Assembly: GCA_031409655.1 (NCBI GenBank)
Contig: JANNXQ010000148.1
Coordinates: 1-22,058 of the forward strand
DNA length: 22,058 bases
Direction: 5' to 3'
From: Chthoniobacteraceae bacterium
Lineage (GTDB): Bacteria > Verrucomicrobiota > Verrucomicrobiia > Chthoniobacterales > Chthoniobacteraceae
Positions within the stretch are counted from its first letter, which is position 1, and each line of letters begins with the position of its first letter. Below are positions 1-8,971 of the stretch, piece after piece. The notes under the pieces were generated by a model. That model did not search any database. It was not told the DNA's origin and was given only the letters and a program-made list of their open reading frames with translations. Both the position numbers and the translations under genes were made by a program.

Positions 1-648
1 TTGCAGAGCCTGCCAGATGGAAGCGATGCCAAAGGCTTCCCCCGCATGCAGCGTGCTGAAAAAGTTTGCCCGCTGGATGGCCGCAAAAGCGTCGGCGTGC
101 TTCTTCGGCGGGAAACCCGCTTCCTCACCCGCAAGATCAAAGCCCACGACGCCGCGATGCCGGAAGTCGATGGCCATCTCCGCCCACTCCAGCGAATCCG
201 TGCGATCGCGCATCGCACAAATGATCAGCCCCCACTCAACGCCATACTTTTCCTTCCCCCGCGTGAACCCATCGATCGCCGCCTGGACCACCGCCTCGGG
301 CGTGAGTCCACGCTCAGTATGAAAGCACGGAGCGAAGCGCGCCTCCGCATAGACGACGCCATCGCGATGCATGTCTTCGATGAATTCAAACGCCACCCGC
401 TCGATCGCCGACCGCGTCTGCATCACCGCGATGGTGTGCGCAAAGCCCTCGAGATATTCCGGCAAGCTGCCCTTATTCGCGCCCCGGTGGAACCACGCGC
501 CGAGCTCAACCGCGTCATCCGTCGGCAGACCCGCGTAGCCGCAGGCTTTCGCGAGATCGATGACCGTCTGCGGGCGCAACCCACCATCGAGATGTTCGTG
601 CAGGAGCACTTTCGGCAACTGCCGGATGAGGTCGGCGTCCAATTTCAT
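1..648 (-). CDS. add: Adenosine deaminase (amidohydrolase superfamily), 3' end runs off the window; not in the supplied ORF track
   Basis: Manual translation from ATG at 648: MKLDADLIRQLPKVLLHEHLDGGLRPQTV...GSLPEYLEGF...GVVYAEARFAP...GFDLAGEEAGFPPKKH...STLHAGEAFG. It has the ADA motifs HxHLDG, YAExRFAP, DLAG and HAGE, and the frame is open to position 1. Confidence 0.93.
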   Translation of the reverse strand, partial: MKLDADLIRQLPKVLLHEHLDGGLRPQTVIDLAKACGYAGLPTDDAVELGAWFHRGANKGSLPEYLEGFAHTIAVMQTRSAIERVAFEFIEDMHRDGVVYAEARFAPCFHTERGLTPEAVVQAAIDGFTRGKEKYGVEWGLIICAMRDRTDSLEWAEMAIDFRHRGVVGFDLAGEEAGFPPKKHADAFAAIQRANFFSTLHAGEAFGIASIWQALQ

Positions 649-752
649 ATCCCCAGAGAGTCAACATCCCCGCCGCGGAGGACAAGCGCCGATGCACACG
701 GAATCGCCAGGCCCCGCGCGATTTTTCGCCGAACTGCAAAACCCACTAGCGT

Positions 753-1724
753 CTACCCCGCCTCGTCCAACCAGGCGAAATACTGCTTGTGCATCGCCGC
801 CGCGATTTCATTCAGGCGCAGTTGGATGCTGTCCAAGTATTCGTGAAGGCCAGTCTGGAAGATGTCTTCGATGGACGCAAAATTCAGGTCCGAGACGAGG
901 CGCCCGGAGCGGCGTTCGGCCTCGTTGGAAAAATGGGTGCGGTCGCAGCCGGAGATGTGGTGCAGCGCACCATCGAGCTGACTCGCGCAAAAACGGATCG
1001 AGCGGGGAAAGCTATCGTGCAGCATGATGAATTCGGCGACCGACGCTGGCGTCACCTGCCCAGGATGGATCTTGCGGTAAGCCTCAAAGGCGCTGCACGA
1101 CTTGAGCACTGCCTGCCACTGGACCGTATCCACGTTTCCGCCGACCTTCTCACTCGCGGGCAGGAGGATGTGATACTTGAGATCAAGGATGCGCGAAGTG
1201 CTGTCCGCCCGCTCGAGATACTTCGCGACCTGGATGAAGTTCCAACCTTCGCCGCGCGTGAGCGTCGCCGCCGTGGTGCCCAGGAACTGATGCGCACAAT
1301 CGACCACGTGCCGGTAAAATTCGATGCCGCTCGCCGCGTGCAGACGGCGCGCTTCCTCCGAGTTCAACCAAAGGAAGAGGTGATTGATGCGCTCCCACAT
1401 TTCGCTCGAGATGTACTCCCGCACGGTGCGCGCATTTTCCCGCGCCACAGCCACGCTCGAGGCGATCGAGTTCGGATTCTCGCGGGAAAAGGTGACAAAC
1501 TCGCAGACCGTGGCCGCGGTGGTCTTGTCGTAGTGTGCGCTAAAGAGTTTTTGATCCTCAAGCGTCGCCAGGATTGGCTCCCACTCCACGCGCTCGGCAC
1601 CGTCCCCGTTGTTCTCGTCATCGAGCGTGACCTGCAGATTAACATCCAGGATCCGGGCGTTATTTTCCGCCCGTTCGATGTAACGGGCCATCCAGTAAAG
1701 TGATTCAGCAACACGGCAGAGCAT
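753..1724 (-). CDS. Alpha-E domain protein (DUF403 family)
   Basis: N-terminus MLCRVAESLYWMARYIERAENNARILDV, plus ARENARTVREYISSEMWE, YLERADSTSRILD and FPRSIRF. It lies directly downstream of a CP-ATP-grasp gene, as is typical. Confidence 0.93.
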   Translation of the reverse strand: MLCRVAESLYWMARYIERAENNARILDVNLQVTLDDENNGDGAERVEWEPILATLEDQKLFSAHYDKTTAATVCEFVTFSRENPNSIASSVAVARENARTVREYISSEMWERINHLFLWLNSEEARRLHAASGIEFYRHVVDCAHQFLGTTAATLTRGEGWNFIQVAKYLERADSTSRILDLKYHILLPASEKVGGNVDTVQWQAVLKSCSAFEAYRKIHPGQVTPASVAEFIMLHDSFPRSIRFCASQLDGALHHISGCDRTHFSNEAERRSGRLVSDLNFASIEDIFQTGLHEYLDSIQLRLNEIAAAMHKQYFAWLDEAG

Positions 1725-1757
1725 AAGTAACTTGGAGAAACAGGAATTGGCGCAGCG

Positions 1758-3209
1758 CTATTCGTCATCGACCACCCAGGTGTCCTTGCTCCCGCCGCCT
1801 TGGGAGGAGTTCACGACCAGCGATCCTTTTTTCAAAGCCACCCGGGTGAGGCCACCAGGGACGATGGAGATCTTTTCCCCGTAGAGGATGTAGGGACGCA
1901 GATCAATGTGCCGGCCTTCGATGCCGGCGTCGCAGAAGCTCGGACTGCGCGAGAGACTGATCACTGGTTGCGCCACGTAGTTCCGCGGATCGGCGATGAT
2001 GGCGTCGCGGAATTTCGCATGTTCCTCCTTGGTCGCGTGGGGCCCGATGAGCATCCCGTAACCACCGCTCTCATTGGCACTCTTGATGACGAGTTCCGGG
2101 ATGTGATCGAGGACGTACTTGCGATCCTTTTCAAACATCGTGAGATAGGTCGGCACGTTCGGCAGGATCGGTTTCTCGCTCAGGTAAAACTCGATCATCT
2201 TCGGCACGAAGTAGTACATCACCTTATCATCCGCGATCCCGGTTCCGATGGCATTTGCGAGGCTCACGTTCCCCTTGCGATAGGCACCGACGAGCCCCGC
2301 GACTCCGAGCACGGAATCGGCGCGGAAGACGGTCGGATCAAGGAAGTCGTCGTCCAGTCGGCGATAGATCACGTCCACGCGCTTCAGCCCCTTGGTCGTC
2401 TTCATATAGACAAAGTCATTGCGCACCACGAGATCCGCACCCACCACGATCTCGATGCCCATCGAGCGAGCGAGGAAGGAATGCTCGTAGTAGGCCGAAT
2501 TGTAGATCCCCGGCGTGAGGATCACGACCGTGGGATCGTCGGGCGAGGGGCAATTCTTCGGCGCGACGTAACGCAAAAGATTCAGCAGCTCCTGCGCATA
2601 GTGATCCACGGGATGCACCCGGTGCCGGGAGAAAAGCTCGGGATAGACCCGCTTCATCACCTGCCGATTCTCGAGCACGTAACTGACCCCGGACGGACAC
2701 CGCCCATTGTCCTCCAGCACGTAATAGGTGCCGTCCCTGTCGCGGATCAGATCACTGCCGCAGATGTGGATGTAAATGTCCCGCGGCACATCGAAGCCCA
2801 TGAACTCCGGTCGGAAATGTTTCCCGCTCAGCACCACGTCTTCCGGCACGATACCTTCCTTGATGATCCGCTGCTCGTGATAGATGTCGTGCAGGAAAAG
2901 ATTCAGCGCCCGGATGCGCTGCACCAATCCGCGCTCCACATGCTCCCATTCAGAATAGGGAATAATCCGTGGGATGGGATCAAAGGGGAAGATGCGCTCG
3001 GTGCCCTGATTGTCGTTATAGACCGTAAAGGTGATGCCTTGATTCAGGAAGGTCTGCACGGCGAGGTCATGCTTCCGCTGGACCTCCGGACCAGTCATCG
3101 CGCCAAAGCGCTCAAGGATCTGGCGGTAGTGGGGACGCACCTCCCCGGGTGCCCGGAACATCTCATCGTAAAAATCCCCGGTATCGTAATCAGCAAAGTA
3201 GTTTCCCAT
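1758..3209 (-). CDS. Circularly permuted type 2 ATP-grasp protein (DUF404/DUF407; putative peptide/amide ligase)
   Basis: Family motifs [84 protein letters not shown] and the terminal [15 protein letters not shown]. Confidence 0.95.
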   Translation of the reverse strand: MGNYFADYDTGDFYDEMFRAPGEVRPHYRQILERFGAMTGPEVQRKHDLAVQTFLNQGITFTVYNDNQGTERIFPFDPIPRIIPYSEWEHVERGLVQRIRALNLFLHDIYHEQRIIKEGIVPEDVVLSGKHFRPEFMGFDVPRDIYIHICGSDLIRDRDGTYYVLEDNGRCPSGVSYVLENRQVMKRVYPELFSRHRVHPVDHYAQELLNLLRYVAPKNCPSPDDPTVVILTPGIYNSAYYEHSFLARSMGIEIVVGADLVVRNDFVYMKTTKGLKRVDVIYRRLDDDFLDPTVFRADSVLGVAGLVGAYRKGNVSLANAIGTGIADDKVMYYFVPKMIEFYLSEKPILPNVPTYLTMFEKDRKYVLDHIPELVIKSANESGGYGMLIGPHATKEEHAKFRDAIIADPRNYVAQPVISLSRSPSFCDAGIEGRHIDLRPYILYGEKISIVPGGLTRVALKKGSLVVNSSQGGGSKDTWVVDDE

Positions 3210-3244
3210 ATTTGAAGCCCTGTAAAACCCTTGGATGAACCGCG

Positions 3245-3769
3245 CTACAAACCCGCCAGGATTGGCTCGTAGTCGTGAGCCACTCCGGTCGAATCAAACT
3301 TCGGGTAGACAAACTTGGCCGCCGTCACCGTTTCCTTGGTCACCGCATGCGCCGTGGTCAGGCCCGCATCGGCGAGCTGTTTCAGCGAGTGATAGAGGAG
3401 CGCGGAACCGATCCCGCGATTGGAATACTCCGGCAGCACGCACGGCCCCGAGATCAGATTATTCTCCGCATCGAGTTCGGTGCTCAGGACCGACGCCGCG
3501 ATGATCCGCGGACCGTGGGCCACGACGATGGCGGGCACATTTTCCCGCGCAAAAGCGGCCCGAACGCCCATTTCGAGCCGTTCGCGGAAAACTTTCAGGG
3601 TGTCACCCCAAGCCGTATCGAGCGAAAAAGCCGTGAAGACCAGATGCGCCACGCTCTTCTCCTCATCCCGCGTCGCCGCACGCACCATCAGCGAATCGGG
3701 CAGCTTGTTTCCGAGTGGCGGGAGGTTTGTGAGGTTCCAGGTAAAGCGCTTCCAGCGCACTAATTTCAT
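3245..3769 (-). CDS. GNAT-family N-acetyltransferase
   Basis: Acetyl-CoA binding motif [17 protein letters not shown], and C-terminal AAKFVYPKF. Start set at the ATG at 3769 (MKLVRW), just after a -10 box, rather than at the ORF-track start. Confidence 0.8.
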   Translation of the reverse strand: MKLVRWKRFTWNLTNLPPLGNKLPDSLMVRAATRDEEKSVAHLVFTAFSLDTAWGDTLKVFRERLEMGVRAAFARENVPAIVVAHGPRIIAASVLSTELDAENNLISGPCVLPEYSNRGIGSALLYHSLKQLADAGLTTAHAVTKETVTAAKFVYPKFDSTGVAHDYEPILAGL

Positions 3770-3777
3770 GGCGGCGG

Positions 3778-3805
3778 ACTGTAGCGATCGACTTTCCGAA
3801 AGCAA
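3778..3805 (-). promoter_or_regulatory. Putative sigma70 promoter of the GNAT/ATP-grasp/alpha-E unit
   Basis: TTGCTT-N16-TACAGT ending 8 nt before the ATG at 3769; no Shine-Dalgarno. Confidence 0.5.
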
Positions 3806-3868
3806 TGAGGAAGGCGTCCGCAAACGCTCCTGAGTGTAAAAATGGTGCAGGCCTGCGCTCGGCGAATC

Positions 3869-3897
3869 TTGTCTGCCGCCCAAACACTCCCTATTTT
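3869..3897 (+). promoter_or_regulatory. Putative sigma70 promoter
   Basis: TTGTCT-N17-TATTTT ending 9 nt before the ATG at 3907. Confidence 0.45.
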
Positions 3898-3906
3898 CGC
3901 CCCACT

Positions 3907-4443
3907 ATGAACCTCCTCAACCCCCATCGCACCTCCTCTCTGGCCGCCGCCTTTGTCACCGCGGTCGCGTTCCTCCTCCCGATCCCGAGCGCCCGCGCCC
4001 TCGACAAAGTCGCCCTCGAAGTCCAGGTCCGGGGCGATGGCGGCGTCGCCACAAAAGGCAAAACCGACACCGACACGCGCTTCCTGGAGATCAAAATCTC
4101 CAACCGCACCAGCGAAAATCTTTCCGACCTCGTCGTGAAATGGGTGATCTTCGCGAAAGACATCGCCAATGATGCGACGAAGCAAGCCGGCTCCGGAGAG
4201 GTGAAATCCAGCCTCGCCGCGATGCGGGCCGAAAAGATCGAAGGCCAGTCCGTCTCCATGAGCCACACCGACTCCCACGCCGAAAAAGGCAAGGGCTCCG
4301 GCCAGGGAAACAAGGGGAAAGGCGGCAGCAAAAAGGTGAAAGCCAGCGGCGAGCGCTTCAGCGGCTGGGGTGTGCAAGTCCTGCAAGACGGGAAACTCGT
4401 TGGCGAAGCCTACAGCCGATTTGAGCTCAAGAAGGAGATGTGA
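3907..4443 (+). CDS. Secreted hypothetical protein, probably beta-rich, with a Gly/Lys-rich loop
   Basis: Signal-peptide-like N-terminus (SSLAAAFVTAVAFLLPIPSARA), alternating beta-strand patterns, and coding-like codon usage. Confidence 0.7.
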   Translation: MNLLNPHRTSSLAAAFVTAVAFLLPIPSARALDKVALEVQVRGDGGVATKGKTDTDTRFLEIKISNRTSENLSDLVVKWVIFAKDIANDATKQAGSGEVKSSLAAMRAEKIEGQSVSMSHTDSHAEKGKGSGQGNKGKGGSKKVKASGERFSGWGVQVLQDGKLVGEAYSRFELKKEM

Positions 4444-4514
4444 CGGATGATGGTGGCAAAAACCGCTTGCCTTCATCGTCCACCCCGCCATTCTTCGCCC
4501 TCGCTTTTGCGCAC

Positions 4515-4587
<73 letters not shown>

Positions 4588-4951
4588 CTTCTTCTAACTA
4601 AGGAAGTTTCGGCACGCCCGCCCGCGCCGCGCTGCTCTGTACCCGGTCGGATTGCATCCCAAGTGTAGGGAGTCGATAACGGGGTGATCCGGCGCTGGAC
4701 AACGCTGCGCGAAGCGACTTCGATGTTCACCTTCAGCCAGACAAAAATGATGAACAGCGGCGATCGCCCTGGACGCACCGGGTTGGGCAAGCGACAGGTG
4801 AAACGCAAAGACTTTTCCGCCCATGCCAACGCGGATAAACCCGCACTGGATGCGCTGCTGCTACGGCTCGACGTAGACACCGGCAGAAACTCTTGGAGTA
4901 ACATGTGGATGCTCAGCTTCCCCAAACCGGCTTGGCCTCGGAATTGGTTCG

Positions 4952-5137
4952 CTCCGCGCCGCCTTTCTCCGCGACTACGATCTCCAGCGGATGCCCGACG
5001 ATGCCAAACTCTGGGAACGGGCTGTCCGGGCGCTGCACGAACAAAAGGATGAGGCGCGGGCGCGGCGAGCCTTGGAGAAGCTCCGGAAGCTGGCCCCGGA
5101 GCAGGCGCCGAAGGTGAGGAAGGAGCTGAGCTTGTAG
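4952..5137 (+). pseudogene. C-terminal fragment of a helical/TPR-like protein
   Basis: Frame +2 reads LRAAFLRDYDLQRMPDDAKLWERAVRALHEQKDEARARRALEKLRKLAPEQAPKVRKELSL*, which has a TPR-like pattern (P.DA.LW...A..AL.KL..LAP) and no credible start. Confidence 0.5.
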
Positions 5138-5175
5138 CGTCGGGCGGCTTACACAAAGCGAGCCGACGGCCCCGC

Positions 5176-5625
5176 CAAGTCGTCGATTTTACCACCGCCG
5201 GAGGCCTCGCCACGCAACTCGGATGTGACGACCGAGCGAAGGCAATCTTTCAACAGTCGGACGCTCGTTTTCCCAACGATGAATCGCTCGCCCGTGGGGC
5301 TGGGTGTTCTTTCATCAACCTCGACGACCGGTCTGCCGCCCTCCGTGGTTTCCAGCGCGCCCGCTCGCTACTGAAGGCCGATGAGGAACCCGACACCAAC
5401 CTTCTCGGCGGACTCGCCATCTCCCGATGGCTGAACAACGACCAAGAAGCCGCCATCGGGACTTATCGGCAAGTCATCGAAACCGGCCGCAACCAGGGGA
5501 ATCCTGAGGACTGGGCGGATCCAAAACCCTTCGCCGGTCCGGATTGGCCCTAAGCCGAAGCCAAACCCATGAAAGCCCTGCGTGCAGCGACGCTGGCGAA
5601 GTATCCGGAACTGAAGAGCCAGTGA
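5176..5625 (+). pseudogene. TPR-repeat protein C-terminal remnant with a premature in-frame stop
   Basis: Frame +1 reads ...AKAIFQQSDARFPNDESLARGAGCSFINLDDRSAALRGFQRARSLL...LGGLAISRWLNNDQEAAIGTYRQVIE...PDWP*AEAKPMKALRAATLAKYPELKSQ*. The TAA at 5551-5553 interrupts protein-like sequence, and there is no start codon for the N-terminal part. Confidence 0.6.
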
Positions 5626-5725
5626 GAGCGCTCGCCTCCGCTGCCCGCGCCAATCCAGAGCGCGCTGCGAGCAGCGGCGATTGACCGCCTGACCAACACG
5701 TACAGGTGCGCCCATCCGCTCCGGG

Positions 5726-6919
5726 CTACTTCTTCGGGGGCGGGGCTTTGAATTTGGTGATCTCGAGGAGGACTTCTCTTGCGGTGGCGACGAGGGTTCG
5801 ATTGCGGGCGCCGGCTTCGGCGGCGTCGGCGGCGGGGTTCACGGTGAAGGTGCGCACGGCTTCGCCGTAGTTGATGACGGCCTGGAGGAGGGTGAGGGCG
5901 CGGTCGCTGAAGTGCGGGCGGGCACGGTCGAGGCGGGCGATCTCGCCTTGCACGATGGGGTTGGAGATCTTGGCGAGGTCATTGGGCGCGGCGGAGCGCA
6001 CGGCGGTGAAGACGGTGGGGGCGAGGTTCTCGATGGCGTAGAAGGTTCCCTCGCGGGAGAGCTTTTCAAACTGGCCGGTATTCACGCGGAGGAGGAGGCG
6101 GGCGCTGACGCAGGAGGGGGTGGCGGTGAGGGTTTCGCGGAGGGCTTCCTTGACGTCGTCGTCGCGCAGGACTTCTTCGGTGTTCGCGCTTTTCGTGAAG
6201 AGTTTTCGCTGCACTTCGGAGATGGCGGTGAGGCCTTTTCGCACCTCGGCCGTGAGGATGGAGTCGGCGATGGGGCGCACGTCTTCGTAGGAATTCACCG
6301 AGTAGAAAAGCGTGCCGGCGAAGACGGGCGCGCCGGAGCCGATCATCATGTCGGTGACTTGCGGAACCTGCTTTTCGGTCATGAGCACGCGGCGCGCGCC
6401 GGACTTCATGACGGCGAGCAGGCGCGGGATGGCGTCCTCCACGGGCTGCATCTCGCCCTCGGCATCGAGGCCCCCGACGGCCATGAACTGTGGGTCGGGC
6501 ACCCACTCGCCGAGCGCGGCGTCGAGCGCGATGGCGAGGGCGAGGCCGGAGGCTTCGAGGTCCGTCGCGGAGACGGAACCGGTGTAGGTGATTTCGATCC
6601 GACCCGTCTTGAGCTTGCCGGGGTGGATCTTTTCAAGATGGGCGCTGACGGCGGTGAGGAGCTTGCCGGCCTCGGGCGGGACGCGCTGGGTGAAGACGGC
6701 ACCGCCGACGCCGCGGACCTTGCGGACTTCGACATTCGCGATCGCGGCGGCGACGCGCGCGCCGGGCAGCGGCGGCACGAGCAGCGGGACTTTCACCACG
6801 GTGAGCCCGGGAGCGGGCGGCGATGCGGGGACGACCTGCGCGCGGAGCGGTGCAACGAGGAGGCCGAAGACCACAGCCACCACGGTGACCACGAAGGGCG
6901 CCTTGAGATTGATAAACAT
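5726..6919 (-). CDS. Exported protein with a Lon protease (S16)-like domain, probably catalytically inactive
   Basis: Signal peptide MFINLKAPFVVTVVAVVFGLLVAPLRA. The segment DLEASGLALAIAL...FMAVGGLDAEGEMQPVEDAIPRLLAVMKSGARRVLM parallels Lon DGPSAG..A.A....AMTGEI.L.G.V.PVGG..EK..AA...G...VI. Confidence 0.65.
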   Translation of the reverse strand: MFINLKAPFVVTVVAVVFGLLVAPLRAQVVPASPPAPGLTVVKVPLLVPPLPGARVAAAIANVEVRKVRGVGGAVFTQRVPPEAGKLLTAVSAHLEKIHPGKLKTGRIEITYTGSVSATDLEASGLALAIALDAALGEWVPDPQFMAVGGLDAEGEMQPVEDAIPRLLAVMKSGARRVLMTEKQVPQVTDMMIGSGAPVFAGTLFYSVNSYEDVRPIADSILTAEVRKGLTAISEVQRKLFTKSANTEEVLRDDDVKEALRETLTATPSCVSARLLLRVNTGQFEKLSREGTFYAIENLAPTVFTAVRSAAPNDLAKISNPIVQGEIARLDRARPHFSDRALTLLQAVINYGEAVRTFTVNPAADAAEAGARNRTLVATAREVLLEITKFKAPPPKK

Positions 6920-6992
6920 GAGAGCCCGCGCATTGAAGCCGGGCGCGGCGGAGACGCAAGACGGCGGAGTTGGAAAATTGCGCCCTCTGAAA

Positions 6993-7043
6993 GCAGGCAG
7001 GGATGCCTGCGGCACTCCCTACAGGCAGGATGCCTGCGCTACT
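6993..7043 (-). repeat. Tandem pair of REP-like palindromes (GTAG-type)
   Basis: GCAGGCA-GGGA-TGCCTGC (6993-7010) and CAGGCA-GGA-TGCCTG (7022-7036) followed by CGCTAC. On the minus strand this reads GTAG-CGCAGGCATCCTGCCTG, the tetranucleotide-plus-hairpin layout of REPs. Confidence 0.7.
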
Positions 7044-7056
7044 AGCCTGCCGCGGT

Positions 7057-7086
7057 TTGACATTCGCGGCGCGCGATTCCTACGCT
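7057..7086 (+). promoter_or_regulatory. Putative sigma70 promoter for recN
   Basis: Perfect TTGACA (7057-7062), an 18-nt spacer and TACGCT (7081-7086), 5 nt before the GTG start. Confidence 0.55.
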
Positions 7087-7091
7087 TCGCC

Positions 7092-8756
7092 GTGCCTACT
7101 ACGCTCGCTTCACTCCGCATCCGGAATCTCGCCCTCGTCGAGGAACTCGAGTGGTCGCTCGCGCCCGGCTTCACTTCCGTGACGGGCGAGACGGGCTCGG
7201 GGAAAAGCATCATCGTGGGCGCGCTGAAGCTCATCCTCGGGGAGCGGGCGGAGAAGGCGCTGATCCGCACCGGGGCGGAGAACTGCACGGTGGAGGCGGT
7301 CTTCCACGTGGGTGAAGGGCGGGAGCTAAATGCGGAACTGGAGGCGCAGGGCGTGGAGCCGTGCGAAGACGGGCAGCTCCTGCTGAAGCGCGTCTTTTCG
7401 ACGGCGGGGACGAACCGGCAATTCATCAACGGCAGCCCGACCACGCTGGCCGTGCTGAAGCAGCTCGGCGATGGGCTCGTGGACTTGCACGGGCCGCACG
7501 ATCATCAGTCGCTGCTCGCAAATGAGAAGCAGCTTGGGCTGCTGGACAGCTTCGCGGGAGCGGAGGCGATGCGGGAGAAATATGCGGAGCAATATCGTCG
7601 CCTGAATGCGCTCACGGCGGAGCACGCGGAGCTTTCCTCGAGCGAGGCGTCGCTGGAGCGCGAGCTGGATCTGCTCCGGCATCAGACGCAGGAGATCGAC
7701 GCCGCGCAGCTCCGCGCCGGGGAGGAAGACGAACTCGTGGCGCGCTACACCGTGGCCTCGAATAGCCGCCGACTGCTGGAACTTTCCAAAGGCATCCTCG
7801 ACCGGCTCGTGGATGCCGACGACGCCGCGATCGGCCGCCTCAATGAAGCCGGCAAACTCCTGCGCGAACTGGAACGCGTGGACCCCGCGGCGGCGCGCTT
7901 TTCCGATGCGCTGCATCGCGGCCTCGCGGAACTCGACGACCTCGCGAGCGGCCTCCAGCGCTACGTGGAGGACCTCGACCTCGAGCCCGCCGAACTCGCC
8001 CGCATGGAAGAGCGTGTCTCCCTCTTTGAAACGCTGAAGCGCAAATACGGACGCACCCTGGAGGACGTGATCGTCTTCGGGGCGACGGCCACAGAGCGGC
8101 TGCGAAAGATCGATTCGCGGGGCGAGGAACTGGCGCGGCTGAGCGGCGAGATCGCCACGGCCACAAAGGCGCTGCAGGAAGCCGGGACGAAGCTCGGGCA
8201 GAAGCGCAAGACCTCCGCGCCGAAGCTGGCCGCCAGCGTCACCGACCACTTGCGCGACCTCGGTTTTAAGAAGTCCGAATTTGCGATTACGCTCGTCCCG
8301 CACGAGCGCCCCACAGGGCATGGATTGGAAAGTGTGGAATTCCTTTTCGCCCCGAATCCCGGCGAGCCCGCGAAGCCGCTGAAGGCCATCGCCTCGAGCG
8401 GCGAAATCTCGCGGGTGATGCTCGCGGTGAAATCTTCGCTGGCCGCACAGGACACCATCGCGCTGCTCGTCTTCGACGAGATCGACGCCAATGTCGGCGG
8501 CGAAATCGCGCACGCGGTCGGCGCGAAGATGCACGCGCTGGGTCGCGAGCGACAGGTCCTGGCGATCTCGCATCTCCCGCAAGTCGCGGCAGTGGCGGAC
8601 GCGCAGTTTGTGGTGACGAAGGAATTCGCGAAAGATCGCACGCTTTCTCAGCTCGAACGGGTGGAGGGGAAAGCGCGGGTGGAGGAAATCGCGCGGATGC
8701 TCGGGGGAAAGACGGAATCCGCGCTGGCGCACGCGAAGACGCTGTTGGGGCGGTAG
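7092..8756 (+). CDS. recN: DNA repair protein RecN
   Basis: LRIRNLALVE, Walker A TGETGSGKS, VDLHGPHDHQSLL, FLFAPNPGEP, ASSGEISRVMLA, Walker B LVFDEIDANVGG, SHLPQVAA and EIARMLGG. GTG start chosen at 7092. Confidence 0.96.
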   Translation: MPTTLASLRIRNLALVEELEWSLAPGFTSVTGETGSGKSIIVGALKLILGERAEKALIRTGAENCTVEAVFHVGEGRELNAELEAQGVEPCEDGQLLLKRVFSTAGTNRQFINGSPTTLAVLKQLGDGLVDLHGPHDHQSLLANEKQLGLLDSFAGAEAMREKYAEQYRRLNALTAEHAELSSSEASLERELDLLRHQTQEIDAAQLRAGEEDELVARYTVASNSRRLLELSKGILDRLVDADDAAIGRLNEAGKLLRELERVDPAAARFSDALHRGLAELDDLASGLQRYVEDLDLEPAELARMEERVSLFETLKRKYGRTLEDVIVFGATATERLRKIDSRGEELARLSGEIATATKALQEAGTKLGQKRKTSAPKLAASVTDHLRDLGFKKSEFAITLVPHERPTGHGLESVEFLFAPNPGEPAKPLKAIASSGEISRVMLAVKSSLAAQDTIALLVFDEIDANVGGEIAHAVGAKMHALGRERQVLAISHLPQVAAVADAQFVVTKEFAKDRTLSQLERVEGKARVEEIARMLGGKTESALAHAKTLLGR

Positions 8757-8770
8757 CGCGCAACTGCCGA

Positions 8771-8907
8771 CGTTTGGCGTTTAGCGTTTAGCGTTTGAAG
8801 TTTGGCGTTTTGGAGCGGCGCAGTGGATCGAACTCCGTCTTCGGAGGGACGGTGCTTCCGACGGATTCAACGCCAAACTCCAAACGCTAAACGCCAAACG
8901 CCAAACG
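8771..8907. repeat. Inverted pair of heptamer tandem arrays (CGTTTRG / YAAACGC) forming a long hairpin
   Basis: 8771-8809 and 8869-8907 are 39-bp reverse complements with 2 mismatches, each about 5.5 heptamer units, around a 59-bp spacer. Confidence 0.9.
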
Positions 8908-8971
8908 CGAACCTCACCCCGCGCTCCACTCTTGCCGCCGTGCGCGCCTCCACTACCCTCTCATCCCTTCA

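Noticed and set aside
1..3215. Long plus-strand ORFs (1-846, 789-1703, 1800-3215)
   Set aside because: They are antisense shadows of add, alpha-E and the ATP-grasp gene, with no motifs; this is expected in high-GC DNA.
5551..5553. Possible stop-codon readthrough or recoding in the TPR fragment
   Set aside because: The stop is TAA, the fragment has no 5' end, and all intact genes use the standard code. Decay is the simpler explanation.
6588..7091. N-terminal extension making RecN 722 aa
   Set aside because: It overlaps the divergent gene and the REP pair. RecN homology and a promoter candidate both point to GTG at 7092.
8771..8907. Possible CRISPR array
   Set aside because: These are contiguous 7-mers with no unique spacers, and there are no cas genes in the window.
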